Below are positions 36,554 through 50,156 of a stretch of 64,000 nt of DNA, piece by piece. The number at the start of each line of letters is the position of its first letter. The stretch's first letter is position 1. Made by a program: the position numbers and the translations under genes. This stretch comes from Malacoraja senta (Eukaryota). The notes beneath the pieces were generated by a model. It saw only the letters and a program-made list of their open reading frames with translations, searched no databases and was not told where the DNA came from. The stretch lies in assembly GCA_038087875.1 (NCBI GenBank), contig CM075989.1, forward strand, positions 9,240,001 to 9,304,000. The letters run 5' to 3'.

Positions 36554-39500
36554 CCAGTCTGAAGAAGGGTCTCGACCTGAAATGTCACCTATTCCTTCAC
36601 TCCATAGATGCTGCCTCACCCGCTGACTTTCTCCAGCATTTTTGTCCACCTGCGATTCTTCCTGCAGTTCTTTCTTAAACAACCACACACTCAATCACAA
36701 ATAATTATTCATGTATGTTCATGTATATTTGTCTATATACTCAGTCTCTCACACTAATATTGTATAAAAAGATAAATATATTGAGATTACATAGAAACAT
36801 AGAAAACAGGTTCAGGAGGAGGCCATATGGCCCTTCAAGCCTGCACAGCCATTGATTGTGATCTAGGCTGATCATCCACAATCAGAAAAACCGTGCCTGC
36901 CTTCTCCCCATATTCCTTGATTCGGCTAGCCCCCTAGAGCTCTATCTAACTCTCTTATAAATTAATCCAGTGAATTGGCCTCTACTGCCTTCTGTGGCAG
37001 AGAATTCCACAAATTCACAATTCTCTGGGTGAAAAAGCTTTTACTTATGACAGTTTTAAATGGCTTCCCCTTTATTCTTAGACTGTGGCCCCTGGTTCTG
37101 GACTCCTGCATCATTGGGAACATTTTTCCTGCATCTTGCTTGTCCTGTTATAATTTGATATGTTTCTATAAGATATCCCCTCATCCTTCTAAATTCCAGT
37201 GAATACAAGCCCAGTCTTTCCAATCTTTTCTCATATGACAGTCCCGCCATCCCGGGGATGAACCTATGCTGCACTGCCTCAATAGCAAGGATGTCCCTCC
37301 TCAAATTAGGAGACGAAAACTGCACACAATACTCCAGATGTGGTCTCACCAGGGCCCGGTACAACTGCAGAAGGACCTATACTCAAATCCTCTCGTTATG
37401 AATGCCATTAGCTGTCTTCACTGCCTGCTGTACCTGCAAGTTTACTTTCAGTGACTGGTATAAGGACACCCAGGTCTCGTTGCACTTCCCTTTTTCCTAA
37501 TCTGACACTATTGAGATAATAATCTGCCTCCTTGTTCTTGCCGCCAAAGTGGATAACCTCACATTTATCTACGTTATACTGCATCTGCCATGCATCTGCC
37601 AACTCACTCAACCTGTCCAAGTCACCCTGCAACCTCCTAGCATCCTTTTCGCAGTCACACTGTCACCCACCTTTGTGTCATCTGCAAATTTGCTAGTGTT
37701 ACTTTTAATTCCATCATCTAAATCATGAATATATATTGTAAATAGTTGCGGCCCCAGCACCGAGCCTTGCGGCACTCCACTCGCCACTGTCTGCCATTCT
37801 GACAGGGACCCGTTTATTCCTACTCTTTGTTTCCTGTCTGCCAACCAATTCTCTATCCATATCAATATCCTACCCCCAATACCATGTGCTCTAATTTTGC
37901 CCATTAATTTCATGTGGGACATTATCAAAGGCTTTCTGAAAGTCCAGATACACTACATCGACTGGCTCTCCTTCATACATTTTACTTGTCACATACTCAA
38001 AAAATTCTAGAAGATTAGTCAAGCAGGATTTCCCCTTCATAAATCCAAGCTGACTTGAACCAGTCCTTTTACTGCTATCCATATGCACCGTTATTACTTC
38101 TTTAATAATTGACTCCAGCATCTTGCCCACCACCTATGTCAGGCCAACTGGTCTATATTAATAACATTAGCTACCCTCCAATCCACAGGAACTGATCCTG
38201 AATCTATAGAACAATGGAAAATGATCACCAATGTGTCCACAATTTCTAGAGCCACCTCCTTGAGTACCCTGGGATGCAGACCGTCAGGCCCTGGGGATTT
38301 ATCAGCCTTCAGTCCCATCAGTCTACCCAATACTATTGCTCGCCAAATGCAAATTTCTTTCAGTTCCTCTGTCTCCCTACATCCTCTGTCCTCTAGTACA
38401 TCTGGGAGATTGTTTGTGTCTTCCTTAGTGAAGACTGAACCAAAGAACCTGTTTAACTCCTCTGCCATTTCCTTGGACACCATAATAATTTCACCTGTTT
38501 CTGCCTTCAAAGGACCCACATTTGTCTTTACTAATCTTTTTCTCTTAACATACCTAAAGAAGCTTTTACTATCCTTCTTTATATTCTTGGCCAGCTTAAC
38601 CCTGTACTTCATCTTTCCACCCCGTATTGCCCTTTTTGTAACCTTCTGTTGTCCTTTGAACGTTTCCCAATCCTCTGGCTTCCCGCTACTCTTTGCTATG
38701 TTATACATCTTTTCTTTTAGTTTTATTTAGGGCCCAGATTTACCACTAGGCTTCATAGGCTGAAGCCTGGGGCCTCGAGATCTAGGGGGCCTCCGGCCAA
38801 GGCAGGACACCTGTCGTTTAACTCTGAGTGGGCCCCCCTCTCTAGCTCTCTCTCTGTCACTCTCCGTCTCCGCCCGCCATCCGTATCCGTGTCCGTGTCT
38901 CCGCTCTCTGCTCACTTCTCATCCGCCAGCACCGCTGGCAGCTTGCACATGCGCACGGCTACAGCCAGCACATCCTCCCCCTGCACGGCCAGCACATCAT
39001 CGGCCGCCCTGCTCATGCGCACTGCCACGGCAACTGGTCGGAACTGGGCACTTTCTCCCTCGCTTTGAATTGTGGGAGATCTGGCCGCCATTGCTGTCCG
39101 GTCGCCGCCTCGCCGCGACCGCTGAAAACCAACGCAGAATCACTCCCTGGAGCTGGAGTAACTCCCTGGAGTAACTCTTGCTTCTGGTTTCCTGGTCCCC
39201 CAAAAATATTCTAAATGGAATTTAAACTGGAGGTGGTGGAGGGTCCACCATCAAACTCCAAACTCTGAACAATAGCAGCCCATTGCATTTTATCAGTTTA
39301 TTTATTGTGTATATATATGGTCTATGGTAATATAGACACACTGAACTTTTATCTCCTATTCTGTATTATGTTTACATATTCTGTTGTGCTGCAGCAAGCA
39401 AGAATTTCATTGTCCTATCTGGAACACAAGACAATAAAACTCTCTTGACTCTTGACTTGTACTTAAGCAAAAAAGGGTCCTTGGGGAAAAAAGAGCTACC

Positions 39501-39929
39501 TTCAATTTAGTTGCGTCTGGTTGGGTAACTATGGTAGGGTGAAGACTATTCCATGCTTTAATTGTGCAAGGGAACTGCATGGAGCAGCCAGCAACTCTGG
39601 ATAGAAGAAATTGGGTGACGTTTCGGGAAGAGACCCTTCTTTAGACTCCCTATGGTTTTAGTGTTTTTAGTTTAATTTAAAGATACAGCGTGGAAACAGG
39701 CCCTTCGGCCCACCGAGTCCACGCCGACCACCGATCACCCGTACACTAGTTCTATCCCATACATTAGCGATGTAAGTCAAGAGTCAAGAGTGTTTTATTC
39801 TCAGGTCCCAGTTAGAACAATGAAATCCTTACTTGCAGCAGCACAACAGAATATGTAAACATAGTACTCTGTAAACAATGTTATAAACGAGAAAACAAAA
39901 CGGTGTATATTTATATATGAATATATAAC

Positions 39930-40062
<133 letters not shown>

Positions 40063-40803
40063 CCCACACACACAATTTCCCTCCTGGGATTAATAAAGTT
40101 CTATCGTACAGTATCGTGTGTGCAGGATGGAACTGCAGATACTGGTTTAAACTGAAGATAGACACAAAAAGCTGGAGTAAAAGAGCTGCTGAAAAAGCAG
40201 GTCAGACTGAATCTCTGGACAAAAGGAAAATATTACGTTTTGGGTTGGGTCTGAAATAGGTTTCTGCACAGCTTTGGAATGTGGAAAGGAAACAAGAGCA
40301 CCCGGAGAAAACCCATGCGATCAACGGGAAAAGGAGCAAACTCCATACAGACAGCACCCATATTCAGGATCAATTCCGGGTCTTTGGCACTTTTAGGCAG
40401 CAACTTTATGGCCAATGTACTGCCCCATAGTCTTGAACTGAATTAAAACCTACAATAGCTGTAAAGGGGGACATAGCGTCACTTGGAGATTTAAGACTGA
40501 AAATGGATATTTTCATTTTTTTAGTAACCAAAGTTATCAACGTATAACTTTTTGTGTGTGTTGGAAAACAAAATATAGTGGCACAGCTGGTAGACTTGCT
40601 GCCTCACACGCCAGAGATCTGTGTTCGATCCTGTCCTCGGGCACTGTCTGTGTTGAATTTGCACATTCTCCCTGCAAGCGTGTGGGTTTCCTCCCACATC
40701 CGAAAGACGCATTGGCTTTGTAGGTAAACTTGTCTCTGTAAAATTGCCCCTAATGTGTAGGGAGTGGGTGAGGAAAGTGGGATAACTGAACTTGTGTGAA
40801 TGG

Positions 40804-41247
40804 GTAGACAAAAATGCTGGAGGAACTCAGTGGGTGAGGCAGCATCTATGGAGTGAAGGAAATAGGCGACGGGTTTTGGGTCGAGACCCTTCTTCAGATT
40901 GATGTCGGGAGAGGGGACACGAAAAAGAAAGGAAGAGGCGGAGACAGTAGGCTGTGGGAGAGCTGGGAATGGGAGGGGAAGGAGGGAGAAGCAAGGACTA
41001 CCTGAAATTAGAGAAGCCAATGTTCATACCACTGGGGTGTAAACTACCCAAGCAAATATGAGGGGCTGCTCCTCCAATATGCTGTGGGCCCCACTCTGGC
41101 CATGGAGGAGGCCCAGGACAGAAAGGTCGGATTCAGAATGGGAGGGGGAGTTGAAGTGTTGAGCCACCGGGACATCAGGTTGGTTATTGCAAACTGAATG
41201 GAGGTGTTGTGCGAAGCGATCGCCAAGCCTGCGCTTGGTCTCACCGA
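40804..41247 (-). mobile_element. Penelope-like element 3' fragment: GIY-YIG endonuclease C-terminal half, UTR and hammerhead-bearing terminal repeat
   Basis: GETKRRLGDRFAQHL...PVAQHFNSPSHS..DLSVLGL...LEEQPLIF. Downstream on the minus strand: ATCTGAAGAAGGGTCTCGACCC. Inserted into a SINE (40577-40803). Confidence 0.88.
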
Positions 41248-42984
41248 GGTTGTTCATACGCTGAATAATCCAACCACATTTTTGTTTGGAAGTGGAAAGA
41301 AATAATAGAAATTGCATTCATTGCAACGTGTAAAAAGAGTTGAGATACTGTATTATAATTTTGCTGCATGTCATTGTGGTATATATCATGTTTTGATTGG
41401 TGAATATGTTTAGTTTGTGACTTTATTTGAAGCAGAAATAATATGTGAATGCTTCATTGAGCATAATTCCGACTGGTAACTATGCACTTCGTCCGAGCAC
41501 ATTATCACACGCGTCATGCAAGCCATCTTAAATGACCACCTAAACTGTCATTTGGCAACTTAAAAAGCTGCCAAGGTTGCCCGGCTGACAACAGAGAAAA
41601 AAAGTTAAGTGAGAGCCCTGTAAGGTGTATAATATTTTTGACACTGTCATAGGCCTTTCTTACATATGCTGTCACAATGCACTGTAGTCTCTAAACAACC
41701 CTTCAGTAATTTTCCTTGCCCTCCATTTCTGAATAATAGTGTTTTAAGCTGATAACTCGACACTAGAACTGGCAATAAATAAATTAAAAGTGCAGCTTTC
41801 CAGCCCCTTATCTCTTGGCCACGCTTGGCTGCAAATCGGTGTCAATCTGGTGGACCATCTTCCTCTAGTCGTGGGGGTGGGGGATTAGGTGGGGCCTCAC
41901 AAGTGGAACAGCCTAGGGCCTCTCTTCATCTAAATCCGGCCCTGGTTTTATTCCATCCCTAAATTTCCTTGTCAGCCACGGTTGCCTCTTACTCCCCTTA
42001 GAATATTTCTTCCTCTTTGGAATGAAATGATCCTGCATCTTCTGGATTATGCCCAGAAATTTCTGCCATTGCTATTCCACTGTCATTCCTGCTAGGATCG
42101 TTTTCCAGTCGACCTTGGCCAGTTCCTCTCTCATGCCTTCATAGTCCCCTTTGTTCAGCTGCAACATTGACACTTCTGATTTAACCTCCTCCCTCTCAAA
42201 TTGCAGATTAAAACTTATCATATTATGGAACCTCTTAGCGGTTCCTTTACCTTGAGTTCCCTTATTAAATCTGGTTCATTAGACAACACTAAATCCAGAA
42301 TTGCCTTCTCACTGGTAGGCTCCAGTACAAGCTGCTCTAAGAATCCATCTCAGAGGCACTCTACAAACTCCCTTTCTTGGGGTCCCAAACCAACCTGATT
42401 TTCCCAGTCTACCTGCATATTGAAATCTCCCATAACCACACTGGCATTACCTTTGTTACATGCCAATTTTAATTCCTGCTACAACTTGCACCCTATATTC
42501 AGGCTACTGTTTGGAGGCCTGTAGATAACTCCCATTAGTGTCTTCTTACCTTTGCAATTCCACAATTCTATCCACAGCGACTCTACATCGTCAGTCCCTA
42601 TGTCACCATTCGCAAGGGACTGAATTTCATCCCTCACCAACAGAGCTACCCCAACTCCTCTGCCCATCGGCCTGTCCGTTCTGTAAGACGTATAACCCTG
42701 AATATTCAGTTCCCAGTCCCAATCCTCCTGCAGCCACATCTCTGTAATCCGCACAATGTCATATCTACCAATCTCTAACTGAGCCTCAAGCTCATCCACT
42801 TTACTTCTTATACTTCACGCATTGATAGATAATACTTTTAATCCATTACTCACCTCAACTTCCACATCGATTCCTATGTCGCTTGACCATACTCTCCTAT
42901 CCCTTCGTGAGCCTTCTGTTTCGCTAATTTACAACCTGGCATTTCCTCCAAGCTAGTATGAAGTATTTTCATATATAACAAGAA

Positions 42985-43287
42985 AGGGCGGTGCAGCTGA
43001 TAGAGTTGTTGCCTCACAGCACCAGAGATCCGGGTTCGATCCTGACCTCGGGTGCTGTCTCGGTGGAGTTTGCAGATTTTCCCTGTGATCATGTGGATTT
43101 CCTCCAGGTGCTCCGGTTTCCTCCCACATCCCAATGATAGGTTAATTGCCTTCTGTAAAAATTGTCCCTAGTGCGTAGGGAGTGGATGCGAGAGTGGAAT
43201 GACATAAGTCGAAACAGGTGATCAATGGTCGGTGTGGATTTGGTAGTCTGAAGGTCCTGTTTCCATGCTGTAATTCTAAACTAAACA
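42985..43287 (+). mobile_element. HE1-type SINE
   Basis: GGTGCAGCTGATAGAG...GGTTCGATCC head and CTAAACTAAAC tail. Confidence 0.85.
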
Positions 43288-44689
43288 AAATTTGAGATAA
43301 ATAAGTAAAGGTTTTAGAATAGGATTACCACTGTTGTGTCTCAGAATTTAATTATGGGAGACATACACAGAGCAGTTTGCCATGCACATAATACTTTCAT
43401 TCTTTTTATGTCCTGTATTATTCTCTCTTTTCTGTTCTCCCTCCTCACTCTCCAAATGCTGGTCCAGATTCAATGAGATCAGCCCTCCTCCTGTGCCTTG
43501 GTGTAGAGTCTGTGCTTCAAGAGAGATTCAGACATTGAATGCGGACAGGCCCTCTGGTGGGAGGGGGATGGGTGGGCATCTGATCCCAATCTTATCCTCT
43601 CCTGAGGCCCAACTCGCACAAACCTTTGAGCAGGAGTCAGTGGATAATGACGAGTTGTGGCAACCTGGCTGAGATGAGCAATCCCTATTTCAGAAAGTAA
43701 TGGTGTGTTAAAGCAGAGCAAATACAGCTGTTATTCCGACCAGCTAATGACACACATTGAGAAAGGACCTGCAAGATTCCTGATTAATATGGCTCGGTTC
43801 CACATGAGGCAATGCATCGGGGGAGCTGTAACGTGGCATGTATTAAATAAATAAATGCCCATATTATACCAATTTGAATTGAAGGAGACTGCAGTATGCA
43901 AATGAAAAATTAAACTTTGTTTTTATTCTTTAGAATCAGTACATTCTCTGCGGGAGGTTATAGATCTTCATTCTCTGACAAATAAACATTGCACAATTGA
44001 TGCAACATGGCTTAGAATTGTAACTTCTGAAATTGTCAGCTGATAATTGAAAGACGATTGGTAAAATTGTGGCTACTCTCATGTGACTTGTTGCCAGGAA
44101 GTCGACAATAGCACGAAGGACTGGATTTTCATTACATGAACAAGATTGACCTAAATCTCCTTGTAACTGAATTAAAAAAGATTAATCCTGGAAAATAAAT
44201 TAAAAAAATATTATCCACTGATTAATTTTTGGAGTGTGTTGATAATCCTGCTGAAGTAAATGTGTTTGACTATTTCATGTGGCATTTTATGAAGTAATGT
44301 TGCTTTTCCCATTAAGTATTTATCACAAACTGAGGGTGTGCCAGTAACTTCTGTGCTGTCATGGGATACCGGGGCTAACTCCATTCCACCCAACCAAGAG
44401 TGTTCAGGCAATGTGCTTCTAGTTGCCATGAGGGAACCATCTCACACATGGTGCTGTATAAATTACCTCAGAAGAAAACATTAATGAGCTCCCCAGATAA
44501 ACAGAAAGCCACTGAGCAATGTCGAAGACCTCGGGCTTGATTTCAGGCCTGTGCTGAATTAACTGGCTTCTTCTGGTGGCAGTTGTATCATGTGTAGGAA
44601 ATAACTGCAGAGGCTGGTTTAAATCGAAGGTAGACACAAAATGCTGGAGTAACTCACGGGACAGGCAGCATCTCTGGAGAGAAGGAATG

Positions 44690-44720
44690 GGTGATGTTTC
44701 GGGTCGAGACCCTTCTTCAG
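44690..44720 (-). ncRNA. Minimal hammerhead core in a Penelope-derived repeat (44591-44720)
   Basis: CUGAAGA-A-[GGGU CUCG ACCC]-GAAACAUC-ACC. Stem III carries a CpG-type change. Confidence 0.6.
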
Positions 44721-44999
44721 AAGCCTCATAATTGCCTTCAACGTTCCAAGGATCAGACAGAACACACGAGCTGATTGTTATCCAGTGATCCATGCAAGAA
44801 AGCAACTGTGTATGTTAGTACTTGGGGCAAGATGAAGCTAACCGTGATTCCCTCTGTGGTGGAACTGTCTGCTGAGACTTACTGTCAAGCTCATGTTGAA
44901 GAGTGACCATCTAGGCAATGTACTGTACTTGGTGAATGTGACGCTTCAACTATGCTCCCCCAAGTATTGGTTACTTCATTAAATAGGGGCAAGGAGTTT

Positions 45000-45048
45000 G
45001 GTGTGTGTGTGTGTCTATGTGTCTGTGTGCGTGTGTGCGTGTGTGTGT

Positions 45049-45093
<45 letters not shown>

Positions 45094-45112
45094 TATGTGT
45101 CTGTGTGTGTGG
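45000..45112. repeat. Imperfect (TG)n microsatellite
   Basis: Directly visible. Confidence 0.95.
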
Positions 45113-47231
45113 TGTGATAGAGCATGCTGGGAGAATACACCATTTGATGCATCATTTTGATGGTGTTGTTTTATCTCCACCTATGTGCCAGGGTAACTGA
45201 AGCAGTAATTGTGTTTGACTCTACCTGTTCCTGGCCCAGGGATGTTTATTCTAAATACAGCATTTTGCTAATGCCTAGCTAAGAGAGCACATGGTATTTA
45301 CCTTACCTACAGGGCTCAGACAAGCACCATCTATTCTGCGTACATATTGAGCTGGCGGGGAACACTTGCCTTCACATATTTAAGTCACAGAGACGATCCT
45401 GTATTTTCTGGATTGATTGTTCACGATGAGAGTTATCTGGGGCACCCTTTGTATAAATAAAACTTTTATTTCTCTTCACAGAACAATCATTTCAGAGAAT
45501 GTAAATCTCTGTCACTGTCTGTTGCCTTGCAGTGAAGTTTATTGTTTTCATTAACACTAATAGGAATCAGATTACACTCGCATTAATAATGTGTTTTCAA
45601 TTAATGTTGAAATGTTTGGTTGTCGGTGGGTGTTATTCCCCATTGTGTACCCTAGTAATTAGCTGGGAGTGAGAAGCGTATCTTTGTCTCCCACACGGCA
45701 GGTGCAGACAGCTCAGAGCTGTCACATGATGGCTGCCATGGGAACGAGCAGGTTGTACGTCAGGCGTAAAGCTAACCACTGTCATGTACAAAGTGTGACA
45801 GGCACCTGTGGAGCATCAGGCACCCTGTCACGCAATGGCACTGATCTACAGGTTCCTGCCACACACTGTGTCTTGCTCCTGTCCCAGATTCCCTCGGCCT
45901 TCATTTTGGTTCCCCCTCCCTCGACCTCTTCCCAACTCTCACATAACCTCACCTCTGCCCCCTGAACTTCAAAAAGAAGAGAGCAAAAATGAGATACAGT
46001 TCTATATTAAAAGAGGCCAGATGCACAGGAGTTAACCTGTCAACAACGCAGAATGAATTAATTGATATATATTTCCTGGCGCTGGTATAATTTATGGACT
46101 TCTGCAGAGGAGGGTTTTACCTGCTGGTACAACTTGATTATTTTAATTATTATATTTATGCCTGCAAATGTTCAACACACCAGTATTTTTAATTGACTGT
46201 TCTGATGGATTGTCAAGTCCACACAATCAGATGTAAATTCTGAGCAAGAGTCGTATAACTGGCACAAGTAGGGACAAAAAGATTCCTGGTTATCGTTTTT
46301 CTAAGTATTTGTGCTTGAGATGTGGGTGGTGCTTATGATAGGGGGGGGGTGTTCAACATCCAGCTCTGTTTTTTTTCTGTCACAGTTATTAAAATCTAAT
46401 CACATTATCAAGGCGTGGAGGGAGATGGCATGTGGGGAGGGGAGGGAGGTGAGGGAGGGGAGGTGGGCATGGGGAGAGGAGCACTATTGCGGGGGAGAAA
46501 CTTCTGATGAATTTTGGAGTATTAACCCAGAAGTGGGTATAATTACCCAAAGTAACGTGTGGCAGTTAAATTACTTGATTGATAATCCTGAGACTGCAAT
46601 GAAGATTTGTAGAAGCAATCCCAAAATGGCAGCTAGGAATTTTAATTCAGTTAGTTAAATAAATCTAAAAAAACAATTTTGTTAATGGTGACCACGAATC
46701 GACTGGATTGGTTCACTGATATCCTTTGGGGGAAGGATATCTGCCACCCTAACATGGCCTGGCCCTATTGTGGCTCCAGAACTGTCAGCTCTGAACTGGT
46801 CTCTGAAATCAACTAACAAGAAACTGAATTGTACATAGAACATAGAACACTACAGTACAATACAGGACCTTGCCCTTCAGCCCACCATGTCTGCGCCAAC
46901 CATGATGCTAATCTAATTAAGCCTGCACATAGTCCATATCCCTCTATATGCTTGTCTAAATGCTTCTAAAATGTTGCTATCATATCTGCTTCTAACAACT
47001 CCCCTGGCAGTGCGTTCCAGGCAACCACTGCCAGTGGCCAGTCTTAACCTTTTCCCCTTTCACCTTAAACATATGACCACTAATACTTTGGCATTTTCAG
47101 ACCATCACCACCACTACATTGACTGCTGCTACTCAAGAAGCTAGTTCAGCACTGCCTTCAAGAGAGGAATTAAAGATGTATTAAATGTAGACTTTGTCAG
47201 TGACAGTAACTCCCATGAGAGAATTAAGAAT

Positions 47232-48150
47232 TGAAGAGTCAGGAAGTCATGATGCAGCTCTACAGGACTTTTATTTATTTATTTATTTTATTTTATAGTG
47301 TGGCTGCTTTTTAAATTTCAATTCATATTATAATTTAACGACTTCTTCTTCCTTAATTTTTTTTTTTTTTTTTAATATTTTTATTAGAAGCAGTGTACAA
47401 AAGTATAAACCGTGGCATATGACAATACATTTATTGTACAGCTTCAATTTTAATTTTTAGCAAAGATGAAATAGAAAAAGAGAGAAAGAGCAAGAAAGAA
47501 AGAAAGAGAAAGTGAATGTGTAAGAATGGAACCCCTAAACTACCAAATGGGTGTAGTCGAAGAGTGAGTAAGTAAAAGAAATAGGAAAAACATAAAGAAA
47601 TAAAAAGACAAAAACGGAAAAAAAAAGTGTTGATATACCTGCTTCATTTCTCTCCCCACCCATCACCCAGTCCGTAAATCGGTTTATCTACAGGACTTTG
47701 GTTGAGCTGCATTTGGAGTATTGCATGTAGTTCTGGTCACTCCATTACACGAAAGGATATAGAGGCTTTGGAAAGGAGCTTTAGCAGAATAATGCCTGGG
47801 TTTGGGGGTGTTAGCTGCAGAGAGAGACTGGGCAGACTTGGATTGTTTTCTCTGGAACATCGGAGGTTGAGGGGAGACCTCATAGATGCACAGGAGTTAA
47901 CCTGCCAATGCAATTATGCTATGCAATTATGAGTGGCATCATTTTATGATAGGGTAGACAGTCAGAATCTTTTTTTCTTTTCCAGGATGGAAAAAATCAA
48001 ACACTAGTGGGGTTAGCTTAAAAGGTCAGGGGGGCAAAGTTTAAAGGAGCTGTACGAGGCACGTTTTTTACACAGAGGGCGATGCAACAAGCTGCTGGGG
48101 GTGGTGGTGGAGGCAGATACCACAGTGGGATTTAAGAGACATTTGGAGTG
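47232..48150 (+). mobile_element. Degraded CR1 ORF2 C-terminal fragment hosting an L1 insertion
   Basis: KSQEVMMQLYRTL|VELHLEYC across the insertion; RERLGRLGLFSLEHRRLRGDLI. Confidence 0.85.
47272..47686 (-). mobile_element. 5'-truncated L1 3' UTR with polyA and a probable 3' transduction
   Basis: 13-bp TSD TCTACAGGACTTT at 47259-47271 and 47687-47699. Minus strand GAAGCTGTACA...CTTCTAATAAA resembles the L1 end at 26465-26542. Confidence 0.8.
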
Positions 48151-48631
48151 CCCCTGCTCCAAGCAAATCAGGTAAGCCCCGGGCTGCTGTAGGGCATCCT
48201 TTGTCGCCCTCGACTACCTGGCACTGAGCCTGTCGAGTTTTGATTGGGACTGTTACACAAGACCAATATTCAGTCTTGTTGATTGGACCAGCACTGTGTT
48301 TCTGTTAGTGAGCCTGAGCACTTTCTATGCGTGGGGTCACTAACTAATCAGGAAAGTTCTTCCTCAGGGTATGCTGAGTCGACCGACCTCACTTCATGCT
48401 ATGATCGTGCAGGATTAATGTTTCTTATCTTGATGCTGAGATGCTCATGCATGGGTACATTGGTAAAGGATCATGTTGGTTACTGCCTCCACCACCACTA
48501 CCCCTGCACTGACACATGGTCACACGGTGATACACTGAACATCTCCCCGCACTTGTGCAGCCATTGCTTGCAAACCATTGCTGTTCCAAATGTCTCGTTC
48601 TTTGTTTTAGTTTTGTTATGCCTGTTAAGTT

Positions 48632-48835
48632 GGAAGGAACTGCAGATGCTGGTTTAAACCGAAGATAGACACAAAATGCTGCAGTAACTCAGCGGGACAG
48701 GCAGCATCTCTGGAGAGAAGAAATGGGTGACGTTTCGGGTTTGAAGAAGGGTCTCGACCCGAAACATCACCCATTCCTTTTTTCCAGGGATGCTGCCTGT
48801 CCTGCTGAGCTACTCCAGCGTTTTGTGTCTATCTC
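48632..48835. mobile_element. Penelope-derived foldback element
   Basis: GATAGACACAAAATGCTG...GGTGACGTTTCGGGT / ACCCGAAACATCACC...GCGTTTTGTGTCTATC inverted arms. Confidence 0.82.
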
Positions 48836-50156
48836 CTGTCAGGTAATAGGTTGATGCAGGTGAGGAGGGTTTTTTGATGGGCAGATGGTTGGACAAAGGC
48901 CAGAGATGAAAAGACAGAAGGTGTGAGGCAACCATCTCACAATAATTGAACAGTTGCCAATTGTGACGCTAGAGGAAGGAATGAGGTGGGAGGGGAGCAA
49001 AGGGGAGAACTACGTGAGAGTCCAGAGGGGGCACATGGAGGGGAGGGAAAAAGAGCGGAGGGGGTTTATGTGGGGAAAGTAGGGAGAGGGGGAGGGTTAT
49101 GTAGTAACCTGGAAATGGAAAAATCAATGTAAAAGTAAAATAGAATTGAATAGTAGAAGTGTCTGGTTGTGCCAAGCTGAGGAGGTGTTTGATCCTCACT
49201 GCCTGTGGACACTGCTGGTTTAAAATTGTCTTCACACTCGAGCTCTGCTGAATGGTTCACACCTCACTGTAACATGGTTTTGAATTTCTTGAGAGAGATT
49301 GAATCATCAAATTCATCAAAAAGAAATATTGCTATCTTGATGTATTGCACAAAGATCAGGGATTTACAACTGCCTGGTTATCTTTATCTGTGTTAAAATT
49401 CCTCTGATGTAATGCTTTACAATTTGGATTAAAAAATAGATTAACGTTGAAATTCTCATAACATCAACGTGAAGACCTTCTGGCCGCATGCAATGATGTG
49501 AAAAAGAATATTTGAACCAACAGCACGGTCTCGCCTCTGCTTGCATTTTAAAATCAACACTGACATTTTCACCCTTCACTCCATTGCTGCTCAGATTTAA
49601 TGTAACTTTTAATGTATTCCAGGGATCTCCACAACATCGACAGCGTGTGTAGGTGTGACACACTGGAGGCTGATGGATTAAAGGTGGAGGGAAAAATATG
49701 GGGCATTAAAGTCCCTCCAGACATCTGCTTGAAACATGGCTTTGATGTGGGTCCTTCCACTGCTGGACATTGAGGGGCAGAGCCCGGTGGGGCCACCCCT
49801 CAAACATGGGAATGGACATCACCCCAGGGATCCACATGAGTGGCAAGGGTGCTTGGTTTAAGGATAGTTGTGAACACTACAGAGTATATCGCTAATAAAT
49901 GTATCAATGCTGAGAATGTCCGAAGCGGGTTTGCACAGCTCTGGTTTTGTATATGTTTTTTATTTTGAATAAAGTTTATTTTGGGAAAAAAAAGAATGCC
50001 TGGTGATGCAACTAGTTATCTGACAGTGTGAGAAGGCTATCTTCACTGTTTGTATAATTAACCCCTTTACTCACTAATACCTTTGGACTATCGACTTTAA
50101 TTTAGCCTTTAGAGATACACGTGGAAACAGGCCCTTCGGCCCTCCAAGTCCGCGCT

